64,000 nt of DNA, taken from a virus (Duplodnaviria; Heunggongvirae; Uroviricota; Caudoviricetes). The stretch is taken from the IMG/VR virus record IMGVR_UViG_3300035210_000151, one strand, 5' to 3'. Of this stretch, positions 59,253-64,000 are shown in pieces. The notes beneath the pieces were generated by a model. It was not told where the DNA came from. It made no database searches and saw only the letters and a program-made list of their open reading frames with translations. Each line of letters opens with the position of its first letter. Positions within the stretch are counted from its first letter, which is position 1. The position numbers and the translations under genes are program-made.

Positions 59253-60041
59253 ATGCAAAATTACACATCCATTTCTAAACAAGAAGCTATTGCTAAGTTT
59301 GGACACTATTTTATTTTAGAAAGCTCTGATAATCGTTTTGGGTATGTGATTACTGAAAAGTTGGGTCAATACTATTCTATTTTTGATGATGAAGAAAGCA
59401 TGGATTTTGACGAAGCCTGTGGATCTTTGATGGCAAAAGTTACTGTTAACTCTCATAAAAAAATTATCAAAAATGACATGATAATGAACACACTTTCTAG
59501 CAAGTGGGATCTTTACCGATATCGTAAAGGTTGGCTCAAACCAGAAATGACTCAAAACATTTACAATTTTCTTGTAAAAAACGATCTCGCTCGTAGTAAT
59601 TTGGAGATGGTCGAAAACTATGTGAATTGTCCAATTGATTTTAATCTTTTTACCAAACATCTTCCTGAACAGTTTCACTTGCCTACAACATGCTTCGAAA
59701 AAGATAAAGTCTATTATCAGTTTAAGCATTCTAATAGCGTCAACAGAAACAGTGAAGTGGTTGAAGTAAAGCCTTCAAGCATTGAACTTTCTTTCGATGA
59801 AGACAATGTAATCGCAATGAGTGTGTCTTTTAAGACCCTTGATGGTGAGGATGTTAATGGTTCGGTGTCTATTCGTGATTTCAAGAAGTATTCAAAGGCT
59901 GCTACTGGTGAGCAGTATTTTGAGACAGGTTACAGTGATACCTTTATTTTTATTGATAAAGAAGCCTGTAAAAAGTTTGCCATTGATACGATCAATAAAG
60001 ACATTGAGCATTTTAAAAAATCCATTGAAGCACTGTCTTAA
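59253..60041 (+). CDS. hypothetical protein
   Basis: AGGAG RBS, extended -10 promoter. Confidence 0.78.
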   Translation: MQNYTSISKQEAIAKFGHYFILESSDNRFGYVITEKLGQYYSIFDDEESMDFDEACGSLMAKVTVNSHKKIIKNDMIMNTLSSKWDLYRYRKGWLKPEMTQNIYNFLVKNDLARSNLEMVENYVNCPIDFNLFTKHLPEQFHLPTTCFEKDKVYYQFKHSNSVNRNSEVVEVKPSSIELSFDEDNVIAMSVSFKTLDGEDVNGSVSIRDFKKYSKAATGEQYFETGYSDTFIFIDKEACKKFAIDTINKDIEHFKKSIEALS

Positions 60042-60060
60042 TCATTAAAAAGCAGATACA

Positions 60061-60092
60061 AAAAAGCCTGATTGATTTCAGGCTTTATTTTT
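60061..60092. terminator. bidirectional terminator
   Basis: AAAGCCTGA-TTGATT-TCAGGCTTT. Confidence 0.7.
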
Positions 60093-60927
60093 AAATCCTT
60101 ATCATTTCTAAAAACTCAATATCTCTTTCATTAAAATAACCAAACGCTTTAAAATCTTCCAGTAATATGTTAGGTTTTAATACATTCATTATGTCGGGCG
60201 TGATGTATTCATTTTTGTAATAACAGTGAACCTCTAATACAGATCCTTTCATATCTTCCACCACAACAGCAGGAACCACCTTGTTTTCTTCTGGATTAAC
60301 GGTTGTATATACTTGAAGACTAAGATGACTGTAATGATGTAATTTTAGGTAGGTTTCTTTACCTTGTTCGAATACATTATGAGCATGCTTTGAGATTGAT
60401 GTTTCACTTAATTCTATATATTTACTTGGGTAATTTTTATAAAAATAAGGTACTAACATTGAATCTTTGTCTAAGTTGAATGACTTTTCTACTAATCTCA
60501 TTTTACCTTTTCTTGATATAAACTTAATATTCATTATCAAATTGTCATGAAAGGGCATTTTATTAAACCATTTATGAAAATGGGCTTCATCTTTTTCGTC
60601 TAACTCAATAGGATAATGGGTGAATAATATTTCTCTAAAATTTTCAGTGTTGATGCTGCCTTTGTATTCAGGGATTATTATGTTTTCTTCATATTGATTA
60701 AATTCAGGTTTTGGCCTTTCAATAGGATCAACACTCATACTGTTTTGATAATACTTTGTTTTGAGTCCTGTACTGAAAAGGTTAGCCATAAGATTACGCA
60801 ATGTCGCTGCATCAGCTTGGGCAAATGGGTTTATCATGTTTGACAACTTGGTGTCAAAGAATGAATTATAGTCAAAAGCTGGTGTAATCGTTATTGTGTG
60901 TTTTGATGTTTTTTTCATAATTAGCAT
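60091..60927 (-). CDS. family D protein, MxxI tail
   Basis: SKHTITI; PAVVVED...EVHCYYKN; ends RDIEFLEMIRI*. Confidence 0.82.
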   Translation of the reverse strand: MLIMKKTSKHTITITPAFDYNSFFDTKLSNMINPFAQADAATLRNLMANLFSTGLKTKYYQNSMSVDPIERPKPEFNQYEENIIIPEYKGSINTENFREILFTHYPIELDEKDEAHFHKWFNKMPFHDNLIMNIKFISRKGKMRLVEKSFNLDKDSMLVPYFYKNYPSKYIELSETSISKHAHNVFEQGKETYLKLHHYSHLSLQVYTTVNPEENKVVPAVVVEDMKGSVLEVHCYYKNEYITPDIMNVLKPNILLEDFKAFGYFNERDIEFLEMIRI

Positions 60928-60941
60928 CCTATTCTTATTTC

Positions 60942-61802
60942 TTAAATCATTACCATGTCTAAAAATTCTATATCTCTTTTATTAAAGTAGTCAGGATCAT
61001 TAAAATTTTCTGATAATATGTCAGGTTTCAATTCACTGATTGTTTCGGGTCTGACGTATTGGTTTTTATAATAACAGTGTACTTCAAGCGGACGATCACC
61101 AAGATCCGTTACGACAATAGCGGGAACAATCCTTTCCATCACTGGATTTTTGATTAATTTAACAAAAATGCCTAATTCATTGTAATAATGTAACTCCATA
61201 TAGCATTGTTTAGTTTGATGGTTGAATACATCATTACTGTTAATGGTCGTTGTGCTTTTGCACTCAATCATGCTGGGTTTTGTTTCATCAAAGTAGTAGG
61301 TTAATTGTTCGTCCGTGATCTTTAAGAATTTTTTGCTTTTAGCATAAAATTTTTCGGATGATTGTATAAATTTAAGGTGAACTATCATGTCTTCGTTATC
61401 AACTGAACTGTTCAGCATGTCAAGAATCGTAGGCTCATCACTTTCAAGTGAGATAAAACTATTGCTATACAAAAATTGTTTGAATTGAGCATTATCAATG
61501 TTGGTTATATGGTCATATTTCTTTTCATTTTGCGGATAGCTATTAAACTTTGGAAAAGAATCAAGCCATGAATCAAATAAACTGGTGTTTACTGGGCTAG
61601 GGTTAGTAGACAGCCTTGGCATATTTAATATCGGCAATGAAAACGTAGATTTACTTCTTGGTTGTACCACACCATTTTGAACACTTTGACTTAAATTAGG
61701 CTTGGGATTGTTCCAAAAATATGCAGGTGCTGGCACACCGAATGTAAGTTGATCCACATCCCACTCAAATACGCTATTTATGATTATTTTGTGTCTTGAC
61801 AT
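60942..61802 (-). CDS. family D protein, MxxI tail
   Basis: MSRHKIII; PAIVVTD...EVHCYYKN; ends RDIEFLDMVMI*. Confidence 0.82.
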   Translation of the reverse strand: MSRHKIIINSVFEWDVDQLTFGVPAPAYFWNNPKPNLSQSVQNGVVQPRSKSTFSLPILNMPRLSTNPSPVNTSLFDSWLDSFPKFNSYPQNEKKYDHITNIDNAQFKQFLYSNSFISLESDEPTILDMLNSSVDNEDMIVHLKFIQSSEKFYAKSKKFLKITDEQLTYYFDETKPSMIECKSTTTINSNDVFNHQTKQCYMELHYYNELGIFVKLIKNPVMERIVPAIVVTDLGDRPLEVHCYYKNQYVRPETISELKPDILSENFNDPDYFNKRDIEFLDMVMI

Positions 61803-61955
61803 AATATTCTCCAAAGACCTTACACCTTAGCATAAAAAACAAAAAAAATCCACTGTTTAAAATTGTTTTTGTCTATTGTTTTGAATTTAAATTCTTGATA
61901 TTGAAGTGTGTTTTTGTTATAATAACATCCTTACACACAGACAGAGAACTTCATT

Positions 61956-62486
61956 ATGGACCTTGCAAAATTTCAAGAATTGATTGTCTTTGGCATTAAA
62001 GTCAAAGAGACTGATTTTTCATTCTATACCAATGTGCATGACCTTTCACAATGGGGCTTTGAGTTCTGGAAAGTCGCTGAAGAAACACTTGATGCTGCTG
62101 ATTTTTCTGGCGTTAAGTCTATTTCTGCTGCTTTGGGTGTTGATTTTGAGCGTATCCGCATGGCTCGTTATGATGAACTCTTCATGCAAGAGCAATTAAC
62201 GCGACCAGTGAATGTGAATGGTGTTCATCATCAAGCACTTTTCATTTTTGATGTGTTATGGGAAAGCTGGGACTGTGATGCGACAGGTTGGGTTGTAAAG
62301 ACAGAAACAGGTAATAAAGTTGTGTTCACGAATCATGGTTCTACTTATTTTGTCACTGCTGATGAATTGAACGCATGTGTTCGTGATTATCAGTCTATGA
62401 TTGAAGCCGGTTCTGGTGATTTTAGTGAATCTGATTATCAAGATGGCATTCGTGACATTCAACGTGCCTTGTCGATGACTAACTGA
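61956..62486 (+). CDS. hypothetical protein
   Basis: WESWDCD..GWVV......VFTNHG. Confidence 0.78.
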   Translation: MDLAKFQELIVFGIKVKETDFSFYTNVHDLSQWGFEFWKVAEETLDAADFSGVKSISAALGVDFERIRMARYDELFMQEQLTRPVNVNGVHHQALFIFDVLWESWDCDATGWVVKTETGNKVVFTNHGSTYFVTADELNACVRDYQSMIEAGSGDFSESDYQDGIRDIQRALSMTN

Positions 62487-62528
62487 TTTTTCTTAATGGT
62501 TACTTTGAAAAAAAATCAAAAAAAGATG

Positions 62529-62557
62529 TTGCCATTTTCAAAAAACATTGATAGAAT
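62529..62557 (+). promoter_or_regulatory. sigma70 promoter, extended -10, no ORF directly downstream
   Basis: TTGCCA-17-TAGAAT with TGn. Confidence 0.65.
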
Positions 62558-62563
62558 ACAAAC

Positions 62564-62680
62564 ACTTAAACAAAGGCAGTAAATAAAGGTTGAAAACACC
62601 GAAGGTCGTAAAAGCTAGTCGCCACAAACCAGCTTGTAGGCAAGCAGTTCAATAGAACACTTTACGGCATCTTGAACTAT
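62564..62680 (+). ncRNA. putative structured non-coding RNA or long leader
   Basis: follows promoter; long-range stem GTCGTAAA/TTTACGGC enclosing several small hairpins; locally GC-richer. Confidence 0.35.
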
Positions 62681-62730
62681 TTATTCACTTGATATTGGAG
62701 TATTTTAAGATGTAAATTTTAAAAATAATA

Positions 62731-62759
62731 TTGACAACAAAGCATAATCGAGATAAAAT
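62731..62759 (+). promoter_or_regulatory. sigma70 promoter
   Basis: TTGACA-17-TAAAAT. Confidence 0.75.
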
Positions 62760-62803
62760 CAAACCGCAACAAACAAACTTAAATAGAATTGGAGATCTAC
62801 AAC

Positions 62804-62923
62804 ATGGCACAAAGCGAAAAAGTAAAACGTGAAATTGAACTGGCTTACCGTAAGCGTGATTCGGAAGTTGCAGCCCAAATCGAGCGTGAATGGGCACGTC
62901 ATGAGAAAAAATCTCGCAAGTAA
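62804..62923 (+). CDS. 39-aa charged helical microprotein (not in ORF track)
   Basis: GGAG RBS; MAQSEKVKREIELAYRKRDSEVAAQIEREWARHEKKSRK*; own promoter and terminator. Confidence 0.8.
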   Translation: MAQSEKVKREIELAYRKRDSEVAAQIEREWARHEKKSRK

Positions 62924-62943
62924 GTCTTGATTTAGACATAAAC

Positions 62944-62968
62944 AAAAAACCCCTTCTTGGGGTTTTTT
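62944..62968. terminator. bidirectional terminator
   Basis: AAAAAACCCC-TTCTT-GGGGTTTTTT. Confidence 0.85.
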
Positions 62969-62990
62969 CTTTTGTACTCTATTTTTAAAA

Positions 62991-63407
62991 TTAGTGTTTG
63001 TGAATTGTTACTATTTCAGTTGTTTCATAACCTAATGTTTTTCTGTATGCCTCTATGATCTCTTTTTCCAATTCCGCTTTCTTAATCTTTCCTATTGTTA
63101 ATACACTTAACAGCTCTCTTACATGGCTGGCATCGAATTCATGTTTAACAAGAGCATCCACAACATAATTTTTAATTTCATCATTTCTTAACATTTTTAT
63201 TTTTTTCTTTTTTAATTCAACTACTTTTTTATATTTTCTCATATTTAATTTACGATGACAAAATGAAGTAAAAGTTGCTAAAATAAACAGTCCTACAAAT
63301 AAAGCGATAACTTCTGGCATTTTGTCTGGGGCCGCATGATATATCGTTGTAAAACATAGAACAATAACCATAACGATTGCCATTATTGCAATAACTAAAT
63401 GAAACAT
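62991..63407 (-). CDS. 2-TM protein with pilin-like N-terminal helix
   Basis: AGGAG RBS; MFHLVIAIMAIVMVIVLCFTTIYH, second TM, basic cytoplasmic part. Confidence 0.7.
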   Translation of the reverse strand: MFHLVIAIMAIVMVIVLCFTTIYHAAPDKMPEVIALFVGLFILATFTSFCHRKLNMRKYKKVVELKKKKIKMLRNDEIKNYVVDALVKHEFDASHVRELLSVLTIGKIKKAELEKEIIEAYRKTLGYETTEIVTIHKH

Positions 63408-63581
63408 ATAAACTCCTTTTAAATTATGTATTAAAAAAGCATATCATTTAAAATAATCATTTCAAATTTTATTTATTACATTATAATCTTTTTATAGATT
63501 TAACATTTACTTTACATTGATTAAGTTAAAATATTTAAATTATATGATATACTATAAATAAACAATAATAATTTATTATCA

Positions 63582-64000
63582 ATGGATAATTTTCAAAAAC
63601 TTCATAATATAAAAGAAGCCTTCGATGACAGACTTTATCAAACAGAAGACTTTAAAATAACTAAAGGCTTACTTTATGATTTTGGTACTTATCTTGAACA
63701 AAACAAGGGTGTATTGTATGGCTTGTTAGGAGCATCTATTTTTAATATTGCTGCCAATGCCATTCCAGTTAATAATACTGCTACTGCTACCACCTTTAAT
63801 AATCCTGTTGTGATCGAACAAATGAAGAATAAACTTGATTCTAATTTGATTAATCGCCGTGGTATGGATGTTTATTCCAAAATAGAAAGTTTCAAAGCGG
63901 CTGCTCAATTGGGTAACACCATTCAGAATCATAAGTATATTGGACATGAAATTCATGAACTTAATGCGGATACCATTAAAGGCTTAAAAGATGATGTAGC
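63582..64000 (+). CDS. partial hypothetical protein, runs off window
   Basis: ATG 63582, MDNFQKLHNIKEAF..., open to the end. Confidence 0.7.
   Translation, partial: MDNFQKLHNIKEAFDDRLYQTEDFKITKGLLYDFGTYLEQNKGVLYGLLGASIFNIAANAIPVNNTATATTFNNPVVIEQMKNKLDSNLINRRGMDVYSKIESFKAAAQLGNTIQNHKYIGHEIHELNADTIKGLKDDV

Noticed and set aside
17749-61802. MxxI tail as a DNA-level artefact (recombination site, or stop/RBS overlap for the next gene)
   Set aside because: Codons vary synonymously, stops are TAA, TGA and TAG, and the tail also occurs on last genes of operons (20483, 29127, 49006, 56390, 60091).
62590-62680. tRNA or known self-cleaving ribozyme
   Set aside because: No T-loop GTTCRA in a proper arm, no acceptor stem with CCA, and no hammerhead CTGATGA/GAAA core.
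1-64000. Stop-codon reassignment as in some large phages
   Set aside because: Standard code 11 gives dense full-length genes, and TAG and TGA end genes directly before the next RBS or terminator.
1-64000. Definite assignment as jumbo phage or as plasmid
   Set aside because: No capsid, terminase, polymerase, Rep, Par or core T4SS gene lies in this window.

Overview
AT-rich, densely coding window with about 80 genes, from a very large phage-like or megaplasmid-like element. Most genes sit in short units with sigma70-type (often extended -10) promoters and Rho-independent terminators. No rRNA, tRNA, CRISPR, transposase, replication or virion-structure genes are recognisable, so jumbo phage versus giant plasmid cannot be decided here. 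A strongly Pseudomonas-like SlyB lipoprotein points to a gammaproteobacterial host. Recognisable cargo: a complete AcrAB/MexAB-OprM-type RND efflux operon, a Lon-type AAA+ ATPase coupled to a soluble double-AAA FtsH-like (M41) protease, a divergent Ham1/ITPase-fold plus ThyX-fold gene pair, NAD kinase, RNA ligase, cytidine deaminase, an HD (Mesh1/SpoT-like) hydrolase and a TraD/HerA-like P-loop protein. The strongest unexplained signal is a shared C-terminal tail on about 20 proteins from several unrelated families (membrane and soluble, both strands): roughly [DEH]-[FYLI]-x-phi-phi-x-M-x-x-[IYVM]-stop, with Met fixed at -4. It suggests an undescribed C-terminal sorting, docking or degradation system. 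Other notable items are a 3x28-bp palindrome array, a promoter-driven putative structured RNA and an unannotated 39-aa gene. All protein calls are motif recognition by eye; no searches were run.
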